Source of the DNA: Dehalococcoidia bacterium
GTDB lineage: Bacteria; Chloroflexota; Dehalococcoidia; Lucifugimonadales; UBA3495
NCBI GenBank assembly: GCA_965197635.1
Contig: CBDANN010000005.1
Span: 346,944-410,943, forward strand
Length of the DNA stretch: 64,000 bases
Direction: 5' to 3'
Position 1 is the stretch's first letter. Every line of letters starts with the position of its first letter. This document shows, piece by piece, positions 10,380 to 19,165 of the stretch. The notes under the pieces were generated by a model. That model had not been told where the DNA came from. It saw only the letters and a program-made list of their open reading frames with translations, and searched no databases. The translations under genes and the position numbers were made by a program.

Positions 10380-10646
10380 CTAGCGCTTCACACGGCGAAA
10401 CGTTTCACTCAGATGCTGGTCTCCATGGTTGCCATTGAACTCGCTGTAAAGGTACTGATATTTCTTGCCGTTGACCGAGTACACGACGCCTTCGTCGTTG
10501 GCGAGATCAGGAGCTTCTGTCAAGACGTTCCAGACCCACTCGGGCAACCCTTTCTCTATGTTTCCCATTCCTTTGGGATCATGATAGTAGTTGCCGTATG
10601 AAGCGCTGTAGCCTGTACGTTCCCAAGCTGAATGAGAATTTGGCAA
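10380..10646 (-). CDS. hypothetical small protein
   Basis: 88-aa ORF in the lower-GC stretch with non-repetitive composition. No recognisable family. Confidence 0.3.
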   Translation of the reverse strand: MPNSHSAWERTGYSASYGNYYHDPKGMGNIEKGLPEWVWNVLTEAPDLANDEGVVYSVNGKKYQYLYSEFNGNHGDQHLSETFRRVKR

Positions 10647-10705
10647 ATATCCCCATGCTTTTGTACCCTCACATTTGTGCGTGTAGCAGTGGGTTTGACT
10701 TTGGT

Positions 10706-12994
10706 TTAGTCCCCGGTAATCCCCTCCGCCCGACGCAGCGCCTCCACGTCAAAGGGAATGTCCGCAGCCTCGCCGTTCAAAGCGGCCAAAACCCGCTCAC
10801 CGGAAAGCGGCAGCTCCTTGACCCGCACTCCCACGGCGTCATAGACCGCGTTGGCGATAGCGGCCGGCGGCCCGAACCCAGGCGGTTCGGCCACGGCCCG
10901 AGCGCCGAACGGGCCATCCGGGGCCGGCACGTTCACCAGCACGATTTCCATTTCCGGCAGATCAATCGCCAACGGCATCAGGTAAGACGCTAAGGACGGG
11001 TTCCTTACCGCCCCGGTGTCAGGGTCAAACTGTTGGTCTTCCGTCAGGGCGCGCCCGATTCCCTGCACCACACCGCCGTCCAACTGGCCCTCAACCGCCA
11101 TAGGGTTGATCGCAGTACCCACGTCCTGAGCCTGTACGTAACGCAGCACCCTGACCTGCCCGGTGTCGCGATCGACCTTCACCTCCGCCGCCTGCGCCGC
11201 GAACACCGGAGTGTACGGCATACTGGACAATGCAGCGGTCCCGATGATCGGCCCACCTCGCGACGTGATGCTGGCTGCCGCCAGTTGCGCGAAGGTCAAC
11301 CCTTGCGGCTCGTTGTCCAGCACATAGACGCGCCCGTCTTCGGAACCCAGCGCGTCCTCCGGCACACCCAGCCGCTCAGCGGCCAGCGCCGTCAGCTTTT
11401 GCAGCGTGTCTTGCGCCGCCCGCAGCACGGCAGTTCCCTGGCTGTAAACTACTCTGCTGCCGCCCGACTGCCCGGTATAGGGCGCCATGTCGGTGTCGCG
11501 CTTGGCAACGATGACACTATCCATGGGGATGCCCAGCGCCTCGGCCGCTATGGCTGCCAGCGAAGTGTCGCTGCCGGAAATGTCGGTTGAGCCGGTCAGC
11601 AGGCTCACCGTACCGTCGTCGTTGACGCTGATTGCTGCCGTAGAAGGCCCGCTGCCGCTGCGCCACTCGCACAAAGCCAGGCCCATGCCGTGCCCATCCT
11701 CCAGCTCCCGGGGCCAGTCCATCTTCTCCTTGATGGCCTCCAGGGTTTCCAGCAGTCCGTTGGTCGGCACCACCGCCCCGTTCACGGATACGTCGCCCTC
11801 GCGCAGGGCGTTTTGCACCCGCAGGTCGAAGGGGTCGATCCCCAATTCGTGGGCGATGTGGTCCATATGAGATTCCACGGCGAAAGTCATGTCCGCCACG
11901 CCGGAGGCCCGATACGATCCCACATAGATCTTGTTGGTATAGACGCCGTACGACCGGAGTCGGAAGTTGGGCACCCGGTAAGCGCCGATGCCATGGCCGA
12001 TGCCCGAGTTGGGCCCGGCGCCCAGATACGCGCCCACGTCAAAGATGGTGTACGCCTCGCGGGCGATGATGGTGCCGTCCCGCATCACCCCGGAGCGGAT
12101 GTAGTTTGACACCGGCAGGCGCGGCCCGTTCATGGTGAAAACTTCTTCCCGGGTGTTGACCAGTTTCACCGGCCGCCCGGTCTTCATGGCCAGCAGGGCC
12201 GGAAAGGCTTCAAGGGTAGAGCGCAGCTTGGCGCCGAACCCGCCGCCCAGTTCCATTGCCACCACGCGGATGCGCGAGACGGGCAGCTCCAGCACGGAGG
12301 CCAGCCCGGCCCGTAGCTGATACGGCCCTTGGGTGGAGGCGTAAATCACCAGGCGACCGTTGGGTTCCACGTCGGCAACGCAGGCCATGGGTTCCAGGAA
12401 GCCCTGGTTGATGCCCTGGGAGCGATAAACGTCCTCGACTACCACGTCGGCGTCCTTGAACGCCTGCTCCACGTCGCCCCGGTCCGCGTCCAGCAGCGTG
12501 CTGACGTTGTGCCCCAGGGTGAACCCATAGCCTTCGTAGCTCTCCAGCTCCGGGTGCACTGTGGCCGCGCCCGATGCCATGGAAGCCAGCGGATTCACCA
12601 CCGACGGCAAATCCTCGTATTCCACCTCAATGAGTTCGATAGCCTCCTGTGCCGTCGCCTCGTCATCCGCCGCCACCGCCGCAATGGGTTCGCCCAGGAA
12701 ATTCACCACCTCCCGCGGCATAATGTAGCGGTCACGCAGTGCGCCGGAGCCAAAGCGGATTTCGGGGAAATCCGTTCCCGTGATTACGCACCGCACGCCG
12801 GGCAGAGCCTCGGCCTTGCTTGTGTCAAGTCTGGTGATACGGGCATGGCTGCGCGCACCGGGCAGTAGCTTGCAAGCCAGCGTTCCCGGCAAGTACACGT
12901 CGGACGCATAGGTCGCCCGCCCAGTCACCTTGTCATAGGCGTCAACTCGCGGATGGTTTCGTTCCAGAACTTTGAACTGCTGTGTCATTGTCAT
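10706..12994 (-). CDS. xanthine dehydrogenase family molybdopterin-binding large subunit (CoxL-like)
   Basis: 762 aa with an aldehyde oxidase/xanthine dehydrogenase a/b-hammerhead and MoCo domains. The active-site loop reads GSYRASGV, so it is not a form-I CO dehydrogenase. Confidence 0.9.
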   Translation of the reverse strand: MTMTQQFKVLERNHPRVDAYDKVTGRATYASDVYLPGTLACKLLPGARSHARITRLDTSKAEALPGVRCVITGTDFPEIRFGSGALRDRYIMPREVVNFLGEPIAAVAADDEATAQEAIELIEVEYEDLPSVVNPLASMASGAATVHPELESYEGYGFTLGHNVSTLLDADRGDVEQAFKDADVVVEDVYRSQGINQGFLEPMACVADVEPNGRLVIYASTQGPYQLRAGLASVLELPVSRIRVVAMELGGGFGAKLRSTLEAFPALLAMKTGRPVKLVNTREEVFTMNGPRLPVSNYIRSGVMRDGTIIAREAYTIFDVGAYLGAGPNSGIGHGIGAYRVPNFRLRSYGVYTNKIYVGSYRASGVADMTFAVESHMDHIAHELGIDPFDLRVQNALREGDVSVNGAVVPTNGLLETLEAIKEKMDWPRELEDGHGMGLALCEWRSGSGPSTAAISVNDDGTVSLLTGSTDISGSDTSLAAIAAEALGIPMDSVIVAKRDTDMAPYTGQSGGSRVVYSQGTAVLRAAQDTLQKLTALAAERLGVPEDALGSEDGRVYVLDNEPQGLTFAQLAAASITSRGGPIIGTAALSSMPYTPVFAAQAAEVKVDRDTGQVRVLRYVQAQDVGTAINPMAVEGQLDGGVVQGIGRALTEDQQFDPDTGAVRNPSLASYLMPLAIDLPEMEIVLVNVPAPDGPFGARAVAEPPGFGPPAAIANAVYDAVGVRVKELPLSGERVLAALNGEAADIPFDVEALRRAEGITGD

Positions 12995-13028
12995 TTCAAG
13001 TGCCTCCGTTGCCGCCGAGATTGCCCAA

Positions 13029-13505
13029 CTAGCCGGCGTTTCGAATGTCCTCAGCGGCGGCCATGATCGCCTCCACCACCCGGGCGTACCCAGTGCAGCG
13101 GCAAAGGTTGCCCCCGATGGCGAACCGGACCTCTTCTTCAGTGGGATCGGAATTCTCCTGCAAAAACCCGGTGGCCGACACGATCAGCCCGGGTATGCAA
13201 AAACCACACTGCAAGCCGCCATGTTCTACGAATGCCTGCTGCACCGAGCTTAGTCCATCAACGCCGGCCAGCCCCTCGATTGTGGTTATCGCAGAGTCGT
13301 GGGCGCTGTGGGCCAAGACCAGGCAGGACGTTACGGGCTTGCCGTCCATCAGGACCGTGCATGCTCCACAGTCGCCTTCGTCGCATCCCTTTTTGGTGCC
13401 GGTCAGCTGCGCCTCATCGCGCAGGCAATCCAGCAGAGAATAGAATGGCTCCACCAGCATTAACCGGTTTTCACCATTGATAGACAGAGTCAGGGGTTGT
13501 TTCAT
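13029..13505 (-). CDS. (2Fe-2S)-binding small subunit (CoxS-like)
   Basis: 158 aa. CDEGDCGACTV and CGFCIPG...CRCTGY cysteine clusters. Confidence 0.9.
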   Translation of the reverse strand: MKQPLTLSINGENRLMLVEPFYSLLDCLRDEAQLTGTKKGCDEGDCGACTVLMDGKPVTSCLVLAHSAHDSAITTIEGLAGVDGLSSVQQAFVEHGGLQCGFCIPGLIVSATGFLQENSDPTEEEVRFAIGGNLCRCTGYARVVEAIMAAAEDIRNAG

Positions 13506-13526
13506 TGCGTCAACCTCAATCCATGC

Positions 13527-14447
13527 TCACCAAGTTGTTTGCACGGCCATGCGTCGGATGTCCTCAAACGTCGGCGCGCCATCCCCGGCAGTAGTTGCCG
13601 CGTGGCGCAGCGTTCGCTCAGTCAGCACCTGGACCATTTCCCGGCGATAATCGGCGCCGCTCCTAACGTCAGCAATCGGACTGGACGCTTGGGCGGCAAT
13701 TCGTCCGGCCTCGGCGATGGTCTCCACATTAGGCTGCTGACCCACCAGATAACCCTCAGCTCCATAGGCGCGCATGGGAGTCGGCGCCACGGAGCCCAAC
13801 GCAATCCTCACCCGGGCACAGGTTCCATCGCCGGCGAGGCTCACTACTGACGCCACTCCGATCGCTGAGATGTCCATTGCTCCCCGCGGGCTATGCTTGA
13901 TGTACAGGCCGCCTGTGTCGGGACCTGGAGCAGGCAACCGGATTTCGGTCATGATCTCGCCAGATTCCAATGCGGTCCGCCCTGGCCCCAGGAAAACTTC
14001 GTCAAGCGGCAGCCAGCGCTCTCCGCCTGGTCCGACCACGCGGCATTGAGCGTCGTAAGCCAACAGCGCCGGCAGGGTGTCGCCGGCCGGAGAAGCGTTG
14101 CAGATGTTGCCGGCCACTGTGGCAAGGTTACGCACCTGAACGCCCGCGAAAGCGGCCGCGCCGGCCACGAGGGCAGGGTAGCGAGTGCGCACGATGTCGC
14201 TCTGCTCAATGTCCTGCACCGTAACCATCGCCCCAATGGAGAGGCCATCGTCGTCATTGAAATCGATACCGTCCAGCCCCGGCACATGCTGCATACACAC
14301 CACGGTCTCGGGTCGCCATGCACCGGTGCGGAACCTCACCAGGAAGTCCGTACTCCCGGCCACCAGGCGCGCCCGCTCGCCATGCTCGGCCAGCATTCCC
14401 AACGCCTCGTCCAGAGAATGCGGCTCCAAATAGTCAAAACGAGCCAT
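13527..14447 (-). CDS. FAD-binding medium subunit (CoxM-like)
   Basis: 306 aa. FAD-binding PCMH-type domain (AGSTDF, GNICNASPAGD). First gene of the M-S-L operon. Confidence 0.85.
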   Translation of the reverse strand: MARFDYLEPHSLDEALGMLAEHGERARLVAGSTDFLVRFRTGAWRPETVVCMQHVPGLDGIDFNDDDGLSIGAMVTVQDIEQSDIVRTRYPALVAGAAAFAGVQVRNLATVAGNICNASPAGDTLPALLAYDAQCRVVGPGGERWLPLDEVFLGPGRTALESGEIMTEIRLPAPGPDTGGLYIKHSPRGAMDISAIGVASVVSLAGDGTCARVRIALGSVAPTPMRAYGAEGYLVGQQPNVETIAEAGRIAAQASSPIADVRSGADYRREMVQVLTERTLRHAATTAGDGAPTFEDIRRMAVQTTW

Positions 14448-14621
14448 TCAAACCCTCCCCGCGCCGGCGGAGATGGAGTATGGGGCAGCAGCGGCAACCC
14501 CGGTCATACGCCGGCCTGTGGCGATTATATGGGCCACCGGATAGACGGTCAACGAAACTCGGAAGGCCATGCCGGGCAATCGCATTTTGATTGCATCACA
14601 TTCGTCATCCCCGGGAAAGGG

Positions 14622-15954
14622 CTGACAGGGGTAGGTAACGGCTCAAACTGGCTTTCGCCGTAACTTGGGAAGGCGCATCAGCCTCCGGCATCTTGGTTGT
14701 GACACCACCAGATGCAGGAGACCCGCGATGCGCCTTCCCAAGGAATGCTATCAGATGCAAAAAACGATTGAAACGCATTTGCCTCACCTCTCCCAGCCAC
14801 AATTGACTGGCCTGGCGCTGTGGGTTTGTGGGGCCATCCTGGCGGGCAGCGCCTGTCAGAACGCCGTGGCCTCGGCCCTCTCGCCCTGGGGCAGATGGAA
14901 CAGCCTCCGGCAGTATCTCCGGGAGTGGCTCTACGACGGCAGCGACCGGAAAAGCCCCTGCCAAACCCAACTGGATGTCACTCTCTGCTTCGCGCCACTG
15001 CTGAAATGGGTTCTCTCCTGGTGGAGTTCCGAACGTCTCGCGCTGGCCATCGACCCCACGCTCAAGGGAGACCAGACCACCGCCATTGTCATCAGCGTCC
15101 TCTACCGTAGTTGCGCCATCCCCGTTGCCTGGCGCATCCACCACGCCACTCAGAAAGGCTCCTGGATGGACCCCACGGCGGAACTGCTCCAAGCCCTGGC
15201 CCCAGCGGTTCCCGAGGAAATGACCGTAATCGTGCTCTGCGACCGGGGCATCGCCAGTCCCAAGCTCTGGACACAGATACGCGCCCAGGGCTGGCATCCC
15301 GGTATGCGCTACCGGAAGAACATCACCTTCTGCGCCGACGGCGGCCAACGATTGCCCGCCTTGCGCTTCGTTTCCCGTCCCGATACCGCCTGGATTGGCC
15401 GTGGCACCGCCTTCGGTGCGCCAACCGCCCAGCGCCGTTGCACCCTGCTGGTGGTCTGGTACGCCGAGCAGGAGGAACCCTGGGTCATCCTCACCGACCT
15501 GCCGCCGGAGGAGGTCGGGGTCAGTTGGTACGCCCTGCGCTTCTGGATCGAGCTGGGCTTCAAGGCCCTCAAGAGCTTGGGCTGGAAGTGGGACAAGACC
15601 CGCCGCACCGACCCAACTCGTGTCTCCCGCCACTGGCTGGTATTGTCGGTGGCCACCCTGCTGGCCCTGGCCTACGGCACCCGGGTGGAAGACGCCCAGG
15701 ACCGCCGGATTGATCCAGGTAATCTGCGGGCGCCGCCCAAGGCGCTGGCTCCCAATCATCGAGACCCTCGGACCCGTCCGGCGCGCACCGTCAGCGTGAT
15801 CCGCCACGGCATCGACTGGCTCAGGCGGTTGCTGCTCAAGGGCCGCCTGTGGAGCCGTGTCTGGCTGTTGCCTGAACCCTGGCCTCAGCCCAAGCCCAAC
15901 TTGGAGATTACCCACCATGTGCCACCGTAAAAACGCGTTACCTACCCCTGTCAG
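14622..15954 (+). mobile_element. IS4-family insertion sequence (1333 bp)
   Basis: Perfect 19-bp terminal IRs CTGACAGGGGTAGGTAACG (14622-14640; reverse complement at 15936-15954). Flanked by an 11-bp direct repeat CCGGGAAAGGG (14611-14621 and 15955-15965). Confidence 0.85.
14755..15930 (+). CDS. IS4-family DDE transposase
   Basis: ATG 14755 within ORF 14665..15930. DDE context (LAIDPT, VLCDRG) and Y-x2-R-x3-E-x6-K signature in YALRFWIELGFKALK. Confidence 0.85.
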   Translation: MQKTIETHLPHLSQPQLTGLALWVCGAILAGSACQNAVASALSPWGRWNSLRQYLREWLYDGSDRKSPCQTQLDVTLCFAPLLKWVLSWWSSERLALAIDPTLKGDQTTAIVISVLYRSCAIPVAWRIHHATQKGSWMDPTAELLQALAPAVPEEMTVIVLCDRGIASPKLWTQIRAQGWHPGMRYRKNITFCADGGQRLPALRFVSRPDTAWIGRGTAFGAPTAQRRCTLLVVWYAEQEEPWVILTDLPPEEVGVSWYALRFWIELGFKALKSLGWKWDKTRRTDPTRVSRHWLVLSVATLLALAYGTRVEDAQDRRIDPGNLRAPPKALAPNHRDPRTRPARTVSVIRHGIDWLRRLLLKGRLWSRVWLLPEPWPQPKPNLEITHHVPP

Positions 15955-16074
15955 CCGGGAAAGGGGGGATCCAATGGCCTGTGGCGGCGGTTTCGTTCGC
16001 CGGTTGAGAACGCCGGCGAAACCCCATACAATCAGCCCACACCGCGCGACCACCCAATTCCGGAGGGCCCTACC

Positions 16075-16752
16075 GTGGCAGCCACCAGAATCATCACCAA
16101 CGCCTGGAAAGTGCGAACCATGCCCGACGTCTTCTACGAAGACCCGGAGCCGGTTGAGGACGGTATGCGTCAAGACCCCTTCATCCACCGTATCGCGCAT
16201 TTGCTGCGGGAACGTTACGAAGACCGCACGGATGTGTTCGTCTCCACCGGCGGCTACGTCTCCTACGACCGAACCAACGGCAACCGGCGGGTCGCCCCCG
16301 ACTGCTACATCGCCTTTGACGTGGACGTGGCGGGCATCTACGAGAACCTGCCGAACTTCTGGATTTGGGAGACGGGCAAGGCGCCGGACTTTGTGATGGA
16401 AGTGGCGTCGCCGAGCACGGCGGAGCACGATTTGGGCTGGAAGCGGGAGCTGTACCAGCGGCTGGAGATAATGGAGTACTGGCGGTTCGACCCGACGGGG
16501 GGACGGCTCTATGGCCGGCCCATTGCGGGAGAGCGGCTGGTTGACGGCCGGTACGAAGATTACCCGTTGGAGTACGGCGGTGACGGTTCGGCGCGGGGTC
16601 ACAGCGAGTTGCTGGGCGTGGCGTTCTACTGGGACGGCCGGCAGGATTTTGACGTGCTGGATCCGGTCACGGGCCTGACGATAGACAAACGCGTTGCCGC
16701 CGAAGCCGAACTCGCCCACCTCAGGGCGCAACTCCGCCGACAGCGGCCGTAA
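16075..16752 (+). CDS. Uma2-family (DUF820) endonuclease
   Basis: PD-(D/E)xK-like block APDFVMEVASPST...KRELYQRLEIMEYWRFDP typical of Uma2. The start is uncertain (GTG 16075 or ATG 16120). Confidence 0.7.
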   Translation: MAATRIITNAWKVRTMPDVFYEDPEPVEDGMRQDPFIHRIAHLLRERYEDRTDVFVSTGGYVSYDRTNGNRRVAPDCYIAFDVDVAGIYENLPNFWIWETGKAPDFVMEVASPSTAEHDLGWKRELYQRLEIMEYWRFDPTGGRLYGRPIAGERLVDGRYEDYPLEYGGDGSARGHSELLGVAFYWDGRQDFDVLDPVTGLTIDKRVAAEAELAHLRAQLRRQRP

Positions 16753-16833
16753 CCTGACACCACCCAGTACCCCGATCTAACCAGCAAGGGCGGGTGTACA
16801 ACCCGCCCCCATCGAGTCAGAGCAGCGACGCTG

Positions 16834-18942
16834 CTAATGGCTGCCATTCCCGTAGGGCTGGATCAGCACCCGCAGCGTCCCATCGTCCTCTTTGCGCTGA
16901 GTCAGCAGGCGATGTCCGGCTTGCTCCGCCCAGTAGATGACGTCGTAGATGTTGAGCGCGTCGTGCAGGATGGCCTCAATGAACGAAGTCCGGTCATACT
17001 CCATCTGCCGGCTGAGCGCCGCAATGACGCCGGCGCAGTTCTTGCCCCGCCCGTCGATCACCGTCCACCCGTTGCTGCCGTTCCCGTTGCTGTGCCCATT
17101 GCCGTATCCGTTGCCGCCTGGGACGGCGCCGACCGGAGCGCGAACATCGATAACGCCGCTCTTGCGCAGATCCAACTGCTCCTTGAAGTAGGCCACCGCT
17201 TCCCAGGCCACTGCCCGGTCCCGTTCGCCACTGGAACAAACTGCGCCCCGCACACCCACGATGTCCGGGTTGATGCGGGTCAGTTCGTCCAGGTTTTCCA
17301 GCTTCAGGTGTCCGCTCAGGGCAGTGCTGAGACCGGCCTGCTTGGCCTCCATCACCATATCCCGCAATATCGTCTCGGGCATGAAGTCAAACAGGTTGCG
17401 CCCATCCTTGGTCAGGGTGTCGATCAGGAACCCGTCGCACTCGCCTTCCTTCGCCAACTGCACCATCAGATTCGGGTCCAATCCACCCTCAAACAACAGG
17501 TTGTCAGCGAAAAGCGACCCGATGAGCTTGGTGTCTGCATTTCCGATAGCCGCACGGGATTCGCGCAGCACTTGCACTGCGGTTTGATAATCGGCGACCC
17601 GGAACCCCACCTTGACCGACGTGGCATCCAGCAACGCAGCCGCGTGAACCGCCATGGCTACCGTGCCGGGTTGGTTGGGGACCACTCCGAGCGTGACGCT
17701 GACGTGCTTATGCTCCGGAATGCGCTCCCGCACTTCCCGCACCAGGTTGGGATGTCCCGAACCTACCAACGCCTCCTGGAGGTTCTTCACATCAATGATA
17801 TCCGCGCCTCCCCGGTCAGCCTCCAGCGCTTCGGGCATATCCTGGACGCTGACCAGCAACATCATCCCGGATTCGCTCAAACCGCTGCGACCGTCGCGGA
17901 CTCCGGCGCCATTCAGCCACGGGGCATGGGGCCTTCCGTGGATGACCTCGCGGGCAGGTTGGGCCGGCGCGGCGGCACGCGGGAGCAGGGGCTCCAACTC
18001 ACTCCACAACTCGGCCTTTTCATCTGCGGTCAGGTCCACCAGCGGCGCGCGGACACTGCCGCCGGCCATCCCCATCATCTCGCCCCAAGCCTTGCACATC
18101 GCCACCGGGAGGGCGCCGCCCATCTTCTTCATCGTGCCGCCCCACCACTTGTCGGACAGCGCCTTGATGTCCTTCAGGTGGCGGTTGTAGAATTCCATGT
18201 CGTGGTCGCCGGCGGTGGCGCGGTCAATGAACTGGGTGTAGTAGTTTTGACGTGGGGTGTCGAACCGCCAATCGGAGGTGTTGGCGAACATCACCTGCTG
18301 GTGGAAGCCCAACTCTTTCGCCTTGTGGAATATCCACTCGTCCGGCGTGCTGATGATGGCGTCGCGTCCCACCAGCAGATGGGTTTCGATGGAAATCTGT
18401 TGGTTGAAGCTGGCTTCTTTCACGCCTACCACGTTGGGAATAGCGCACAGCCGCTTCAATCCCTGGGGACTGATGGTGATCCCGAACTGGGGCGAGTTGT
18501 AGAACATCATCGCCAGGTCGGTGGTTTCGGCCACTTGCCGCACGAAATCCACCACCTGGTCCTCAGTCTTGGTAACCATGTAGGACGGGGCGATGATGAG
18601 CAGATCAAAACCGCGTTGCTGGGCGTGTCGCGCCAGGGCGACGCTTTCCCCCAACGAGGTGTCGGTTACGTGAGCGCCAATAAGCCAGTGACCCGTGGCC
18701 TCATCGGCCACGGTGTCCATCACCAGCCGGCGTTCCGCCTCGGTCAAACTCCAAAATTCGCCCATGTTCCAAGTGCAGCCACCGCCGCGCACGCCCAAGC
18801 TCCGCACATGTCGGACGTTGCGCCGCAATCCCTCTGTATCCACCTGGTTGTCAGGCGTGAAAGGCGTAACCAGGGTTGTCCATTGCCCCTTCAGCGTTTG
18901 CCAGGCCCATTCCTGCGCCTCATGCTTGCGGTAATCGGCCAT
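16834..18942 (-). CDS. tri-domain fusion of DapA-family aldolase, MfnB-like (DUF556) domain and TusA-like domain
   Basis: Residues 1-330 carry DHDPS-family motifs (FYNSP, GVKEAS). Residues about 370-600 align by eye to archaeal MfnB (LLVS..ADIIDVKN, VKVGF, IDTLTKDG, IVGVRGAVC). A G/N-rich linker follows, then IDGRGKNCAG..., a TusA/SirA-like fold. Confidence 0.75.
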   Translation of the reverse strand: MADYRKHEAQEWAWQTLKGQWTTLVTPFTPDNQVDTEGLRRNVRHVRSLGVRGGGCTWNMGEFWSLTEAERRLVMDTVADEATGHWLIGAHVTDTSLGESVALARHAQQRGFDLLIIAPSYMVTKTEDQVVDFVRQVAETTDLAMMFYNSPQFGITISPQGLKRLCAIPNVVGVKEASFNQQISIETHLLVGRDAIISTPDEWIFHKAKELGFHQQVMFANTSDWRFDTPRQNYYTQFIDRATAGDHDMEFYNRHLKDIKALSDKWWGGTMKKMGGALPVAMCKAWGEMMGMAGGSVRAPLVDLTADEKAELWSELEPLLPRAAAPAQPAREVIHGRPHAPWLNGAGVRDGRSGLSESGMMLLVSVQDMPEALEADRGGADIIDVKNLQEALVGSGHPNLVREVRERIPEHKHVSVTLGVVPNQPGTVAMAVHAAALLDATSVKVGFRVADYQTAVQVLRESRAAIGNADTKLIGSLFADNLLFEGGLDPNLMVQLAKEGECDGFLIDTLTKDGRNLFDFMPETILRDMVMEAKQAGLSTALSGHLKLENLDELTRINPDIVGVRGAVCSSGERDRAVAWEAVAYFKEQLDLRKSGVIDVRAPVGAVPGGNGYGNGHSNGNGSNGWTVIDGRGKNCAGVIAALSRQMEYDRTSFIEAILHDALNIYDVIYWAEQAGHRLLTQRKEDDGTLRVLIQPYGNGSH

Positions 18943-19165
18943 GATAGAAAGCCTCCAACGAAAATCGTCAAAACTTCTGCGCCAATTCCACGGTGGGCCG
19001 GCTATGTGCGATCGGCGGAATCAACCGCTTGGCGGGTTCCCAGTGTAAGGGCCGGCGCGCGCCGCCGTCAACAAACCGTGTCAACCCAACACGATCCGCC
19101 GCGCCCAAATTACCGTACTTCCCAGGGGCCGATGGCGCTTTGCCTTGCCTTCCCGCGGCCCTTTA

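Noticed and set aside
14605-16731. 708-aa ORF on the minus strand
   Set aside because: It runs antisense through the IS4 transposase and the Uma2 gene. Its composition is Arg/Pro/Gly/Val-rich and low in complexity, typical of high-GC antisense frames. It has no recognisable motifs.
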